Notes: generated by a model not told the origin, from the letters alone. Shown: positions 1 to 9,809, counted from the stretch's first letter. The stretch is DNA of 40,914 nucleotides from Clostridia bacterium (GCA_003554565.1 PWGR01000020.1:1-40914), one strand, 5' to 3'. Made by a program: numbers and translations.

Positions 1-1
1 G

Positions 2-151
2 ACCGATGACACAGGTAGACTGTCCTATCACCTCGAGCCCGGGACCTACCATCTGGAGATCGTCGGGCGACCAGACTTGGGCATCATCGTGCCCGCAGTC
101 GAGGTGCAATCCGGCGAGGTAACAGATTTCGGAACAGTAAGCGGACCCTGA
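2..151 (+). CDS. 3' end of an unidentified CDS (partial, enters from the window edge)
   Basis: Frame 2 is open from the edge to TGA at 149-151. The tail TGRLSYHLEPGTYHLEIVGRP...VQSGEVTDFGTV looks like a beta-sandwich (carboxypeptidase-regulatory-like) repeat, which is not diagnostic. Confidence 0.35.
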   Translation, partial: TDDTGRLSYHLEPGTYHLEIVGRPDLGIIVPAVEVQSGEVTDFGTVSGP

Positions 152-278
152 ACGAATCTGCCACCAGCACGCAGACGCGCTGTGAAAGGTTCACAATTGC
201 TTGGTTTGACGAAGATCTTTCACCGCGAAGGCATCGTTTGCAAGAACCGTACAGATCAAGCGTTGCCAGGATGATGAT

Positions 279-310
279 GCCCCCGCGGCAAGGGAGTCGC
301 GGGGGCATTT
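279..310. terminator. GC-rich hairpin between convergent units (edge CDS on +, tRNA-Ala on -)
   Basis: GCCCCCGCG (279-287) pairs with CGCGGGGGC (298-306) around a 10-nt loop, followed by ATTT on the + strand. There is no U-tract on the - strand. Confidence 0.5.
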
Positions 311-313
311 AGG

Positions 314-389
314 TGGTGGAGCGAGAGGGATTCGAACCCTCGACCTCATGAATGCCATTCATGCGCTCTCCCAACTGAGCTACCGCCCC
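314..389 (-). tRNA. tRNA-Ala (anticodon GGC)
   Basis: The reverse complement folds as a cloverleaf: GGGGCGG acceptor with the G3:U70 Ala identity pair, anticodon loop AUGGCAU, TTCGAAT T-loop, encoded CCA. Confidence 0.93.
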
Positions 390-410
390 AATTTTTCAAT
401 TGCACCGATC

Positions 411-439
411 ATTATAAGTATATCAGCGATCCACGTCAA
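411..439 (-). promoter_or_regulatory. Sigma-A type promoter for tRNA-Ala
   Basis: Minus strand reads TTGACG (439-434), a 17-nt spacer, then TATAAT (416-411), about 20 nt upstream of the tRNA 5' end. Confidence 0.6.
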
Positions 440-480
440 GTCAGGGAGGTCAGACCAAGCGTCGGACAACCCCAAGCAAT

Positions 481-852
481 CTAAGCTGTCGTTACATCGG
501 ACAGAACCTCTGCATCTCCCCACAAACGCTCAAGATCATAGTATCTCCGCTGGTTCAGGGTGAATACATGTACCAGCACATCCCCGCAGTCTACGAGGAT
601 CCAGCCCTCGGCGCGTGATCCCTCGACATGGAAATCGCAATCGTCTTCGGCTTTCAAATGACGCACCAGGTGCTCAGATATTGCCTCCATGTGCGTTCCG
701 GATGTTCCGTTGCAAATCAGGAAGTAATCGGCAACAAGTGTCACTTCTCTGACATCGAGCACTACAATTTCCTGAGCCTTTCGATCCTCGCAGATCTCTA
801 CCATCCCAAGCACCTTCTCTTTAGAAGTCAACTTGAAGCAATCCCTCCCCAT
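481..852 (-). CDS. rsfS: Ribosomal silencing factor RsfS (iojap family)
   Basis: VVLDVREVTLVADYFLICNGTSGTHMEAISEHL...WILVDCGDVLVHVF is the canonical RsfS core. The start may be the internal M17. Confidence 0.9.
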   Translation of the reverse strand: MGRDCFKLTSKEKVLGMVEICEDRKAQEIVVLDVREVTLVADYFLICNGTSGTHMEAISEHLVRHLKAEDDCDFHVEGSRAEGWILVDCGDVLVHVFTLNQRRYYDLERLWGDAEVLSDVTTA

Positions 853-864
853 GCAGTGTTTAAC

Positions 865-2196
865 TCAGTTGGATCGTATTGAAAAATCCGCCCCCACATA
901 GATGGTGATAACTGCATCCGGCTCCTGTTCGTGCTCTTCGCCCTCTTCCACCTGCGCGTTATTGTGATCTTCATACAGCTTCACACCTGACTCCTCAGCC
1001 AGAAAACTCCGGAGAGCCCGCACCATAAGCTTCCCCTCCAGCTGGTCATCCCGGTATATAACGCGCGTCGATTCGTGCCGCTCATCACCGACGTCGGGAG
1101 CATTGCCCACTTCTACAACATCATACCCGTAGTCACGCAGGCGGTCCGCTACTCGCCCGGCAGCCCTCGGCAGGCCACCGCCGTTGAGAACTTCCACAGT
1201 AACGGATGAATTCTCTTCCCTGACCAGACCAAGCACGGAGGAGTCAATCATCTCCCGCGTCGCCTCCTCATCAGCGAACCAGTACCAAATGCCTCCCTCC
1301 TTGCCGGCCTCACCGGGGATCATTGAAAACTCCACGTCATCGGGAGAAATGTCCGCAAATGAAGTAACCAGCGATACCACCTGCTTGGGAGACATATCCG
1401 TGCGCATATACTGGTGAATCTGTCGGGCAACCTCGGGAAGCCGCAGCACACCATGAACACTCAAAGCCTGCCTCAACAGGACATCGATAAACTCCTGCTG
1501 GCGATCAATTCTGTCGATATCGGAACCGTGCAGCCCCCTGTACCTAACGTACTTCAGGGCAGTATCGCCATCCATGTGCTGCTTACCAGCAGATATGTCA
1601 ATAATCAGATCCTGGGCCGGATCCCGGTAAAACATATCTTGTTGCACATTCATCTCAACCCCGCCCACTGCGTCGATGATGTTAGCAAACCCCTTGAAGT
1701 CGAGACTTATGTGATAGTGAATCGGTATGTTCAAAAACTGCGAAACAGTATCCATCGCCAGCCCCGCTCCACCGTGCGCATAGGCGTGGGCAACTTTTTC
1801 TGGATGCGGCCGACCTGGAATCCTCACCTGGGTGTCGCGCGGTATGGAGACGATATTCGCCTCAGAAGTCACCGGATCCAGCGTCACCAGTAGCAACGTG
1901 TCGGAACGAGCGGGAACATACCCTTCATCCCCCGTGGGCTGTTCCTCATCCACGCCCAGCACCAGGATATGAATGCGTTCGCCCGGATCCGGAACGGGTG
2001 CTTTGGCGCTGGTCTCCTGCTCCTCAACAGTGAGTCCGGAAAGAAAGACGTAAATAGCTGTGACCGAAAAGAGGCCAAAAAAGACGAGACCCGCAGCCAA
2101 CAGTATCCCGACCCGCCGCCAGGGAAATCCACTCCCGGGTGTGCCGTTGTTTCTCTTGCTGCTGTCGCCACGCACCAGCCTAATCTCACCCTCCAC
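865..2196 (-). CDS. LCP (LytR-CpsA-Psr) family cell-wall glycopolymer transferase with a LytR_C-like tail
   Basis: N-terminal TM segment, then ILVLGVDE...RSDTLLLVTLDP...ANIVSIPRDT and DRIDRQQEF motifs. Confidence 0.85.
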   Translation of the reverse strand: MEGEIRLVRGDSSKRNNGTPGSGFPWRRVGILLAAGLVFFGLFSVTAIYVFLSGLTVEEQETSAKAPVPDPGERIHILVLGVDEEQPTGDEGYVPARSDTLLLVTLDPVTSEANIVSIPRDTQVRIPGRPHPEKVAHAYAHGGAGLAMDTVSQFLNIPIHYHISLDFKGFANIIDAVGGVEMNVQQDMFYRDPAQDLIIDISAGKQHMDGDTALKYVRYRGLHGSDIDRIDRQQEFIDVLLRQALSVHGVLRLPEVARQIHQYMRTDMSPKQVVSLVTSFADISPDDVEFSMIPGEAGKEGGIWYWFADEEATREMIDSSVLGLVREENSSVTVEVLNGGGLPRAAGRVADRLRDYGYDVVEVGNAPDVGDERHESTRVIYRDDQLEGKLMVRALRSFLAEESGVKLYEDHNNAQVEEGEEHEQEPDAVITIYVGADFSIRSN

Positions 2197-2272
2197 CCCT
2201 ACAATTGGAAAACCCTCTCCGCTGTCTTGCGTCCAATATTATCACAAGTGGGCCCATCCAGTCAGGATGTCT

Positions 2273-2944
2273 TCAAAACGCGATCGGGCGCCGAACTGCC
2301 TCGTCCTGCTCCGAACAATCGTAGAGTCCGTGGGCGTAGATATAATCCTCAGCTGGCTCGGGCACCAGGTACTTGATGCTGCTTCCCCGGCAGACCCGGC
2401 GTCGGAGATCACTGGAAGATATTGCGAGTGCGGGAACCGCCACGACCTTCATGGCCCTGCGCTGCTTCGGTGGAAGCTGGTCCCGGAACCGGAAGAAATT
2501 CTCCGTCGGATACCCGGGCCGGGTAGCCGCGATGAATTTACATATCTCGAACAACCCCCCAGCATTCTTCCACTCGGGTATCTGCACCACAGCATCCACC
2601 CCAGTTATGAAATAAAGGTCTGCCTCTGGACCGTACAGCCGACGGAAGTGTTTCATGGTGTCAATGGTGTAGGAAGGGCCCTCGCGATCCACTTCCACTG
2701 ACGAGACCTCGAAATGAGGGTTACTCTCGGAGGCCAGCCGGGTCATGTTCAGACGATGCCGGGCACTCGTGACCCTGGAGTCGGGTTTGTGGGCAGGACT
2801 GCCCGCAGGAACAAAAACTATGCGATCCAGGGTAAAGTTCTCATAGACCGACTCTGCCGCCACCAGATGTCCATGATGAATTGGATCAAATGTCCCACCC
2901 ATGAAGCCAATGCGACTGTCACTGCGCTCAAGATCACGGCTCAT
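2273..2944 (-). CDS. nadD: Nicotinate-nucleotide adenylyltransferase
   Basis: IGFMGGTFDPIHHGHL (the (H/T)xGH motif) and ISSSDLRRR. The start was moved to internal M12, which clears the obg stop; the longest ORF runs to 2977. Confidence 0.9.
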   Translation of the reverse strand: MSRDLERSDSRIGFMGGTFDPIHHGHLVAAESVYENFTLDRIVFVPAGSPAHKPDSRVTSARHRLNMTRLASESNPHFEVSSVEVDREGPSYTIDTMKHFRRLYGPEADLYFITGVDAVVQIPEWKNAGGLFEICKFIAATRPGYPTENFFRFRDQLPPKQRRAMKVVAVPALAISSSDLRRRVCRGSSIKYLVPEPAEDYIYAHGLYDCSEQDEAVRRPIAF

Positions 2945-4232
2945 ATTCGAAAACAACCTCTCCGATCCGAACCACATCGCCCTCTTTCACTCCGGCCTCT
3001 TCCAGTATCTCGTACAGGCCGGCCCGCTTCAGCCTCCTGTTCAGATGATCGACGGCCTCGTCGTTGTCCAGATCGCTCATGACGACCCACCGTTCGAAAC
3101 GCTCGTCCCGCACCACCCACTCCCCGTCCTCCTTCAGAACGCGAGGGCCGGCATCGGGTGGTCCGTAGACCCGGAACCCTTTCGGACGCCCGTCATGAGA
3201 AATACCGGCCTCATCTTCTTCAGAGCGGGTGTCAAGGAGTTCGTTCCAGGTGAGGCGAAGCAGCTGATCAACTCCCTCATGAGTTGCGGCAGAAACGGCA
3301 ACGGTCTGATGCCCTCTGGACTCAATCCAGCTGCAAAAATCCGGCCAGGCACGGCGGCTCTCCTCCAGGTCCATCTTCGTTCCCACGACAATTCTCGGCT
3401 TGTCCGTCAGATCCACCTCATAAGCCGACAGCTCGTCTTCAATCTCAACAAAGGCTTCTTCAGGCGATTTCCGGGCGGGATCAGCAAGATCCACCAGGTG
3501 CAGCAGGAGGGCAGTCCGTTCGGCATGACGCAGGAACTCATCTCCCAGCCCGACTCCCTCGTGCGCGCCCTTTATGAGACCCGGCAGGTCCGCGGCAACA
3601 AAAGATTGGTCGTAGTCGAGATTGACCACCCCGAGGTTGGGTTCCAGGGTGGTAAACGGGTAGTTCGCAACATCGGGCTTCGCCGCAGAAATTACCGACA
3701 GGAGAGTGGACTTACCGGCGTTCGGCAGGCCCACAAGACCTACATCTGCCAGCAGCTTCAGCTCGAGAAGTATCCAGCGCTCCTCACCCGGTTCTCCCTT
3801 CTCTGCAAATCTCGGGCTCCGTTTTTGGGCCGTTGCAAACTGCGCACTGCCCCGCCCACCGCGGCCGCCCCGGGCAACCACCAGCTTCTGATCGGATGCT
3901 ACCAGGTCCGCCACCAGCTCACCCTCATCCGTCAGCACAACGGTGCCGGGCGGTACGTGTATTTCACAGTCGCTTCCTGATTTGCCGTGGCGCTTCTTTC
4001 CCCCACCACGTGCTCCGTCCTCGGCGGAAAAATGGCTGCGCCTCCGGAAGGCAGAGAGAGTAGTCATGCCGTCCCGCACCAATAAGACGACATCCCCTCC
4101 GGCGCCCCCGTCTCCACCGTCGGGACCACCTTTGGGGATGTGTTTCTCACGACGAAATGAAACGGCTCCGTCACCACCGTCGCCGCCCTTGACCATGATT
4201 CTGGCCCGGTCAATGAACAAAACGACCACCAC
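2934..4232 (-). CDS. obg: GTPase Obg
   Basis: Gly-rich Obg fold (KGGDGGDGAVSFRREK), G1 GLPNAGKST, DLPGLI, and the C-terminal OCT domain typical of Firmicutes. Confidence 0.95.
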   Translation of the reverse strand: MVVVLFIDRARIMVKGGDGGDGAVSFRREKHIPKGGPDGGDGGAGGDVVLLVRDGMTTLSAFRRRSHFSAEDGARGGGKKRHGKSGSDCEIHVPPGTVVLTDEGELVADLVASDQKLVVARGGRGGRGSAQFATAQKRSPRFAEKGEPGEERWILLELKLLADVGLVGLPNAGKSTLLSVISAAKPDVANYPFTTLEPNLGVVNLDYDQSFVAADLPGLIKGAHEGVGLGDEFLRHAERTALLLHLVDLADPARKSPEEAFVEIEDELSAYEVDLTDKPRIVVGTKMDLEESRRAWPDFCSWIESRGHQTVAVSAATHEGVDQLLRLTWNELLDTRSEEDEAGISHDGRPKGFRVYGPPDAGPRVLKEDGEWVVRDERFERWVVMSDLDNDEAVDHLNRRLKRAGLYEILEEAGVKEGDVVRIGEVVFEYEP

Positions 4233-4251
4233 TCCTGCTGCGAATCACGGA

Positions 4252-4569
4252 TCAGTCGTCATCGGCAACGGCAGCCGCAAGATGTTCGGCCGGAACAACC
4301 TCGACGATCTTGCGGTTTTTGCCGCGACGACGGAAGTTGACTACCCCGTCAGCCTTGGCGAAGAGCGTGTCATCGCCTCCCACACCGACATTCCAGCCGG
4401 GCAGGATTCGTGTCCCGCGCTGTCTGACGAGAATGTGCCCTGTCTTTACCTCTTCGCCATCATAGTGCTTGACACCGAGGTACTTGGCATTACTGTCCCG
4501 TCCATTTCTGGAGCTTCCGCCGGCCTTCTTGGTGGCGAAAAGCTGTAGATTAATCTGAATCCTGCGCAT
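4252..4569 (-). CDS. rpmA: 50S ribosomal protein L27 with an N-terminal propeptide
   Basis: [29 protein letters not shown] at 4569 is preceded by GGGAGGTGA with a 5-nt gap; the ORF track starts at a GTG 9 nt upstream. Confidence 0.93.
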   Translation of the reverse strand: MRRIQINLQLFATKKAGGSSRNGRDSNAKYLGVKHYDGEEVKTGHILVRQRGTRILPGWNVGVGGDDTLFAKADGVVNFRRRGKNRKIVEVVPAEHLAAAVADDD

Positions 4570-4921
4570 TCTGTTCACCTCCCGTTTTCTGCACCCTTAC
4601 ACGAATTCTATCGGGATACTGCCTCTGAATATCAGTGATTGCCAATCGAAAAGTCTCCATCAGTACCTGTGCATCACCTTGCTCGGGCAGCGGCAGTTCT
4701 GCAGAGTTGAGCCGGCACTGCAGAAAACCATCGGCGACCTCTATCTGCGGCTCACACTTCGCCACCTCTGCCAGACCAATTACGGTGGACTGAGCCAGAG
4801 CTGACACCGCGGCACACACAATGTCGCGTCCCGCATCCTCGTACCCGGCGTGCCCCCGCACTTCAAAGGACTCGAGCGCCTCCCCGTCTCGCTGTGCCCG
4901 GCAAAATAGGACGTATATCAA
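4550..4921 (-). CDS. prp: Ribosomal-processing cysteine protease Prp (YsxB/DUF464)
   Basis: [24 protein letters not shown] carries the His/Cys dyad context. It sits between rplU and rpmA. TTG start. Confidence 0.88.
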   Translation of the reverse strand: MIYVLFCRAQRDGEALESFEVRGHAGYEDAGRDIVCAAVSALAQSTVIGLAEVAKCEPQIEVADGFLQCRLNSAELPLPEQGDAQVLMETFRLAITDIQRQYPDRIRVRVQKTGGEQNAQDSD

Positions 4922-4931
4922 TTCCCACAGC

Positions 4932-5267
4932 TCAGCTCACATCAGCCGCATCTATGTCATCGACACGGACTTCGCTGAACGACTGCCGGTGCCCGCGCTT
5001 TCTGCGGTATCGGACCTTTGGCTTGTACTTGAAGACCGTTATCTTCTTGCCACGTCCCTGCTTGAGAACGGTGGCGGCGATCTTCGCCCCATCCACGGTG
5101 GGATTGCCGATTGCAACTTTCTCACCGGATTTCACCATAAGGACCCGATCAAATTCCACCTGTTGCTCTTCGTCCGCATCCAGCTTCTCCACCCGAATCG
5201 TATCTCCGGGAGATACCTTGTACTGCTTACCTCCGGTTTCGAATATTGCATACTCAGTTGCACTCAC
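4932..5267 (-). CDS. rplU: 50S ribosomal protein L21
   Basis: [17 protein letters not shown]...[25 protein letters not shown] at 5267 has GAGGTG 7 nt upstream; the longest ORF extends to 5291. Confidence 0.92.
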   Translation of the reverse strand: MSATEYAIFETGGKQYKVSPGDTIRVEKLDADEEQQVEFDRVLMVKSGEKVAIGNPTVDGAKIAATVLKQGRGKKITVFKYKPKVRYRRKRGHRQSFSEVRVDDIDAADVS

Positions 5268-5378
5268 TGCCGGACACCTCACAGAATCCATTTGTTCATC
5301 AGTTATGATCCTGATAACTCAGCGAAAGCTCACCGCGCCACAGGATGAACACAATTCTAGCACAAGGCTGATTAACGG

Positions 5379-7076
5379 TCAAACATCGTCCGCGGCGAGG
5401 CGTGCTTTGGCATAGGGGCGGTAGGCATTGACTACCTCAACCTTCACCTCGTTTCCGACGTGTTTTCCGGCCTCCTCTACGTCAAGCACATATCCTTCCA
5501 CCCTGGCGATACCGTCTTTCGGGTTCGAGACGTGCGGCTCCTCGATCCGGATATCGAGCACGTCTCCATCCTTTACCGGAAGAGCCTGCCTCTCCACGTC
5601 CTCCTTGTCGCCCATGGCCACGATTTTCATCTCCTGGAGGTGGCATGACTCAGCACCGCGGACGTAGATGCTCTTTCCGGTTTCCTCCTCCAAGCGCTTG
5701 AGGTTACTTCCCCCCGCACCTATGACCAGGGCCGCAACCGAAGGGTGAACCTCCACGAGCAGGGCTTGGGCTGAGGAGTTCCGCAGGGTGCTGCGCACCT
5801 CCTCGCGCACCTTCCCGCTCATAGTGTGTTCGGAGACGATCCGCCCCGTCCCGTCGCAGTAGGGGCAGCTTTTCATCATAACGTTATCGAGACTCTCCCG
5901 CACTTTCTTGCGCGTCATCTCTACCAGGCCCAGCCGCGTGATACCCAGGACGGTTGTCTTGGTCTTGTCCCGTGCCAAGGCCTTCTCCAGGGTGGCTACG
6001 ACCTCTTTCCGGTCGCGCGGCGACTCCATGTCAATAAAGTCTATTATGATGATCCCGCCTATGTCCCGAATCCTCAGCTGGCGGACGATCTCTTCTGCGG
6101 CCTCCAGATTGGTCTTGAACACGGTATCCTGAAGATCCTCCGAGCCCACATAGCGGCCGGTATTCACGTCAATAGAGGTAAGCGCCTCAGTCCGGTCAAC
6201 CACAATGTACCCACCGCAGTTTAACCAGACCCGGTGCGATAGTGCCCGTTCAATCTCGCGGCTTACCCCCCGGCGCTCAAACAGACCCTCCTCGCGGTAC
6301 AGTTTGACAACATCCTTGCGCGAGGGAGCCATTATGTCCAGCAGCCCGAGGATCTTTTCATACTCATCACGATCATCGACGAGCATCGAGTCAACCGTAT
6401 GATCCAGTGTATCACGAAGGATTCTGTAGCTCAGCCCCATATCGCGGTACAGCAGCGCGGGAGCACGGGCACTTCTGCTCTTCTTCTGTATGTCCTGCCA
6501 CTGCTTCTTGAGAAACTGGTAATCCTCGCGGATCTCCTTTTCTCCTCGATTCTCCGCCACAGTACGGACTATCAGGCCAGCATCCGTCTCCTTTATGGAG
6601 TGCGCCAGCTTCTTCAGCCTCTTCCTCTCCTCATCATCAGTTATGCGCCGGGAAACTCCCACATAGTTCACCGCTGGCATAAACACCAGGTAGCGACCAG
6701 GGAGAGTGACATTGCGGGTCACCCGGGCACCCTTGCTGCCGATTGGCTCCTTTACGATCTGCACCATGACCGGCTGTCCCGGTCGGACCAGCTGGTTTAT
6801 TGATGCGCTCTTGAGGTTGGCCGGCAGGCCATCCTCCTCGTCACTGCGTACGGGATGGGCATCATCCACATACAAAAACGCGTTGCGATCCAGCCCCACA
6901 TCAACGAAACAGGCCTCCATCCCGGGCAGTACATTTTCCACCTTCCCCAGGTAAACATTCCCCACCACACGTTCGCTCGTGGGCCGTTCGATGTAGAATT
7001 CCGCAAGCTCGTCGTCCTCCGTGATTGCCACACGTACATCGTCCTGGTCAACCGCGACCAGGATCTCCTTGCTCAT
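5379..7076 (-). CDS. rng: Rne/Rng family ribonuclease (RNase G-like) with a TRAM-like C-terminal domain
   Basis: S1 domain VGNVYLGKVENVLPGMEACFVDVG and catalytic core IIIDFIDM. The C-terminal DGIARVEGYVLDVEEAGKHVGNEVKVEV looks TRAM-like. Start taken at M15. Confidence 0.9.
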   Translation of the reverse strand: MSKEILVAVDQDDVRVAITEDDELAEFYIERPTSERVVGNVYLGKVENVLPGMEACFVDVGLDRNAFLYVDDAHPVRSDEEDGLPANLKSASINQLVRPGQPVMVQIVKEPIGSKGARVTRNVTLPGRYLVFMPAVNYVGVSRRITDDEERKRLKKLAHSIKETDAGLIVRTVAENRGEKEIREDYQFLKKQWQDIQKKSRSARAPALLYRDMGLSYRILRDTLDHTVDSMLVDDRDEYEKILGLLDIMAPSRKDVVKLYREEGLFERRGVSREIERALSHRVWLNCGGYIVVDRTEALTSIDVNTGRYVGSEDLQDTVFKTNLEAAEEIVRQLRIRDIGGIIIIDFIDMESPRDRKEVVATLEKALARDKTKTTVLGITRLGLVEMTRKKVRESLDNVMMKSCPYCDGTGRIVSEHTMSGKVREEVRSTLRNSSAQALLVEVHPSVAALVIGAGGSNLKRLEEETGKSIYVRGAESCHLQEMKIVAMGDKEDVERQALPVKDGDVLDIRIEEPHVSNPKDGIARVEGYVLDVEEAGKHVGNEVKVEVVNAYRPYAKARLAADDV

Positions 7077-7122
7077 AATCTCCAGCCCCCGTAATAATCT
7101 GATAATAACCCAGCCCAAAGAT

Positions 7123-7830
7123 CTAAGTCAGATCCCAGGGCTCAATTTCTCTGCCATCCTCTCTCCGGTACATGGCCAGGCGGTGCATCTGCACCTCATA
7201 AAGTGGGTGCTCCGATTCCTCTCCCTCCGGCCCCAGGGCCCTGAGAGCCCGGAGCAGCTCCTCCGGCCTGACATTATTTTCTCCCCCAAGCGCCATGTCC
7301 GCAATGAGCCTGACCCCATCTCCAGTCACCGAGACATCCAGTCCATAGACATGGGGCCGAATATCAACTATTCGATTCGGCTTGTTCCAACGCTGCCGCT
7401 CAACTTCACAGCTCCGCCGCGCACAGAATTCCCGTGCGGCGGCCCGCCATACCCCCGGAGATTCGCGCGGCATCTCAAATGAGTAGCGCGCCGCATTAAT
7501 TGCAGAGTTCAGGCTCTCGGCCGCGGCCGGAACCTCAGCGGCCCGCAGCAGGGAAAATCCCCGCGGCAGTGCAGCATCAAGATGCTCCTCCAGATCCCCA
7601 ACCCGCACCCGTCGGAGCAGCTGCAGGTCCACAAATTCAGCGTCGCTGGACAGTCCCACCGGTCTGGCCGTCGCGAATGAGATCTGTGGGTGTGGGTTGT
7701 ACCCTTCGCTGTAGCGAACAGGTATACCCGCTCTCCGCACGGCCCGAAATACCGTCCGGAGAAACTCCAGGTGCGAAAGCCACCTCACCCTGTCGCCCAC
7801 AGTCAACTGACACCTGATTCGTTCACTCAT
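7123..7830 (-). CDS. TIGR03936 (DUF2344) radical-SAM-associated protein
   Basis: VRWLSHLEFLRTVFRAVRRAGIPVRYSEGYNPHPQISFA. ATG at 7830 overlaps the upstream stop (ATGAGTGA). Confidence 0.8.
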   Translation of the reverse strand: MSERIRCQLTVGDRVRWLSHLEFLRTVFRAVRRAGIPVRYSEGYNPHPQISFATARPVGLSSDAEFVDLQLLRRVRVGDLEEHLDAALPRGFSLLRAAEVPAAAESLNSAINAARYSFEMPRESPGVWRAAAREFCARRSCEVERQRWNKPNRIVDIRPHVYGLDVSVTGDGVRLIADMALGGENNVRPEELLRALRALGPEGEESEHPLYEVQMHRLAMYRREDGREIEPWDLT

Positions 7831-9703
7831 TTTCGTCCTCCGACCGCAGAGGTGCTGCCGCCTCACAGGAGGCACCAATATTCGGGCAAACTCCACAATC
7901 GGTGCACTCGCCACGCCGGCAGTCCTCCGTCGTCAATCCGGCGTATGCCCGCTCCCGCTCGTCCCAAAGGAATTTCTCACTCAAACCGGGGTGCAGGTGG
8001 GTCCAGGGCAGGATCTCCTCCCGCAGCCGTTCCCTAGTCACAAAGCAATCCGGGTCGACACCGCAGGCCGAAAATGCCTCATACCACTTCTCCGGCTGAA
8101 AATGCTCTGTCCAGCCGTCGAAACGGCATCCCCCTCGCCAGGCCCTCTCAACAATATCGGCCAGAGTCCGGTCCCCCCGGGCGAGCGCTCCCTCCAAGAA
8201 ACTCATTTCCGGGTCATGCCAGTTGAACTTCAATCCCCGCCTGGGCAGTTCCCCGCGCAGGAGTTCTATCCTTCGCTGAAACTCATCTACTCCCAGCTGC
8301 GGCTCCCACTGAAACGGAGTGTGGGGTTTGGGGATGAAGCAGGCCACACTGAGGTGAGCCTGCAGTGCCCGTCCGCTGCCTGGATTCTCGCGGTAAACAT
8401 CATGGGCCAACCGCACCAGCCGTGCAATGCCCCGCACGTCATCATCCGTTTCTGTCGGCAGCCCAACCATAAAATACAGCTTCACCGTATCGCAGCCGGC
8501 GGAAAAGGCCGCGCGCAGCGCACGCACATAGTCATCCTCGGAAACCCGCTTGTTGATTACATCGCGCATACGCTGGGTACCGGCCTCTGGAGCCAGGGTA
8601 ATGCCGGTGTCCCTCACCTCCTTGACCGCCTCGGCGATCTCCACGGAAAAATCATCCACGCGAAGTGAGGGGAGTGAAATGCTGACCCTGGCGTCAGAAA
8701 ATTCCGTACCCAGGCGCTGCATAACCTCCTGTATGCCGCTGTGGTCTGTGCTGGACAGAGATGCCAGCGAAACTTCCGAATAGCCGGTGTTGGCGATGGT
8801 GTCGCGACAGAGATTCACCACCTGATCCGGCGTACGCTCCCGCACTGGCCGATACACCATGCCGGCCAGACAAAAGCGGCAGCCCTGCGTGCACCCCCGG
8901 AAGATCTCCACCGACGCCCGATCGTGCACGGTGGCCGTATACGGTACCACCGGCCGCGTCGGAAACGGGCACTCGTCCAGCCGGGAAACAGCCTTCACTA
9001 TCTCACTACGCTCCCCCTCCACCTGCTGCACCCCGGCCAGCTCTCCATCAGCATCATAGGCAGGCCGGAAAAACTCCGGAATGTACATGCCTCGATGGCG
9101 CCCGATGCGGCGCAGGAAACCGTCGCGACCCCCTGGACAGCCCTCCTCCCGCCAGCGGCGGTAGGTCTCAATTACCTGTGGAAGCAGATCCTCACCGTCC
9201 CCGAGGCAGACTAAATCAAAAAATGGAGCTAACGGCTCGGCATTGAAAGCACACGGGCCTCCGGCCAGGACAAAGGGATGCTGATCATCTCTGTCCTCTG
9301 ACCGAAGAGGAATGCGCGCAAGTGACAGCAGATTCAACACGTTAGTGTAGGTCATCTCATACTGAAGCGTAATCCCCAACAGGTCAAAATCGGTCACCGG
9401 CCGCCTGCTTTCAAGGGAAAAAAGCGGGATGTCCTCCTCGCGCAGAAGCGATTCCATATCTTCTGCCGGGGCAAATACCCGCTCGGAAAGGGAATCGGGG
9501 CGGTCGTTCACCAGGTGATACAGAACCTGCGTACCGAGATGAGACATACCCACATCGTACAGATCGGGATACGCAAGGGCGAACCGCACATCCACTTCGT
9601 CCCAGCACTTCTTCACTGCATGCAGCTCGTCCCCGATGTACCGCGAGGGGGTCTGCACCCGGGGGAGAAGCCTCTCAACTGCGTGAAAAAGGCTGGATTG
9701 CAC
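7823..9703 (-). CDS. TIGR03960-type B12-binding-domain radical SAM protein
   Basis: CTQGCRFC (CxxxCxxC) cluster motif and an N-terminal B12-like region. GTG start follows GGAGGAG with a 7-nt gap. Confidence 0.82.
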   Translation of the reverse strand: MQSSLFHAVERLLPRVQTPSRYIGDELHAVKKCWDEVDVRFALAYPDLYDVGMSHLGTQVLYHLVNDRPDSLSERVFAPAEDMESLLREEDIPLFSLESRRPVTDFDLLGITLQYEMTYTNVLNLLSLARIPLRSEDRDDQHPFVLAGGPCAFNAEPLAPFFDLVCLGDGEDLLPQVIETYRRWREEGCPGGRDGFLRRIGRHRGMYIPEFFRPAYDADGELAGVQQVEGERSEIVKAVSRLDECPFPTRPVVPYTATVHDRASVEIFRGCTQGCRFCLAGMVYRPVRERTPDQVVNLCRDTIANTGYSEVSLASLSSTDHSGIQEVMQRLGTEFSDARVSISLPSLRVDDFSVEIAEAVKEVRDTGITLAPEAGTQRMRDVINKRVSEDDYVRALRAAFSAGCDTVKLYFMVGLPTETDDDVRGIARLVRLAHDVYRENPGSGRALQAHLSVACFIPKPHTPFQWEPQLGVDEFQRRIELLRGELPRRGLKFNWHDPEMSFLEGALARGDRTLADIVERAWRGGCRFDGWTEHFQPEKWYEAFSACGVDPDCFVTRERLREEILPWTHLHPGLSEKFLWDERERAYAGLTTEDCRRGECTDCGVCPNIGASCEAAAPLRSEDENE

Positions 9704-9745
9704 AGATTCTCTCCTCCACTTCCCAAAAAGCTTGTCCTTTTACCC

Positions 9746-9774
9746 ATTATATAGAATGGCCGTCGCTTCCCCAA
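9746..9774 (-). promoter_or_regulatory. Sigma-A type promoter ahead of the radical-SAM/rng/rplU block
   Basis: Minus strand reads TTGGGG (9774-9769), a 17-nt spacer, then TATAAT (9751-9746). Confidence 0.5.
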
Positions 9775-9809
9775 GGTACCCGACGGAGGTATCCGGCAGA
9801 ATGACCCTA

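Noticed and set aside
2941-3960. When I count bases in the printed sequence, positions 2941-3960 appear shifted by +1 relative to the ORF-track coordinates. For example, the printed text reads cacggc/ctcat where the track translation requires cacggctcat, and a 't' seems to be missing at 3960.
   Set aside because: The obg and nadD translations in the track are full-length and canonical, and coordinates agree again on both sides. I treat this as a reading or counting artefact on my part, not a biological frameshift. Track coordinates are used for that interval.
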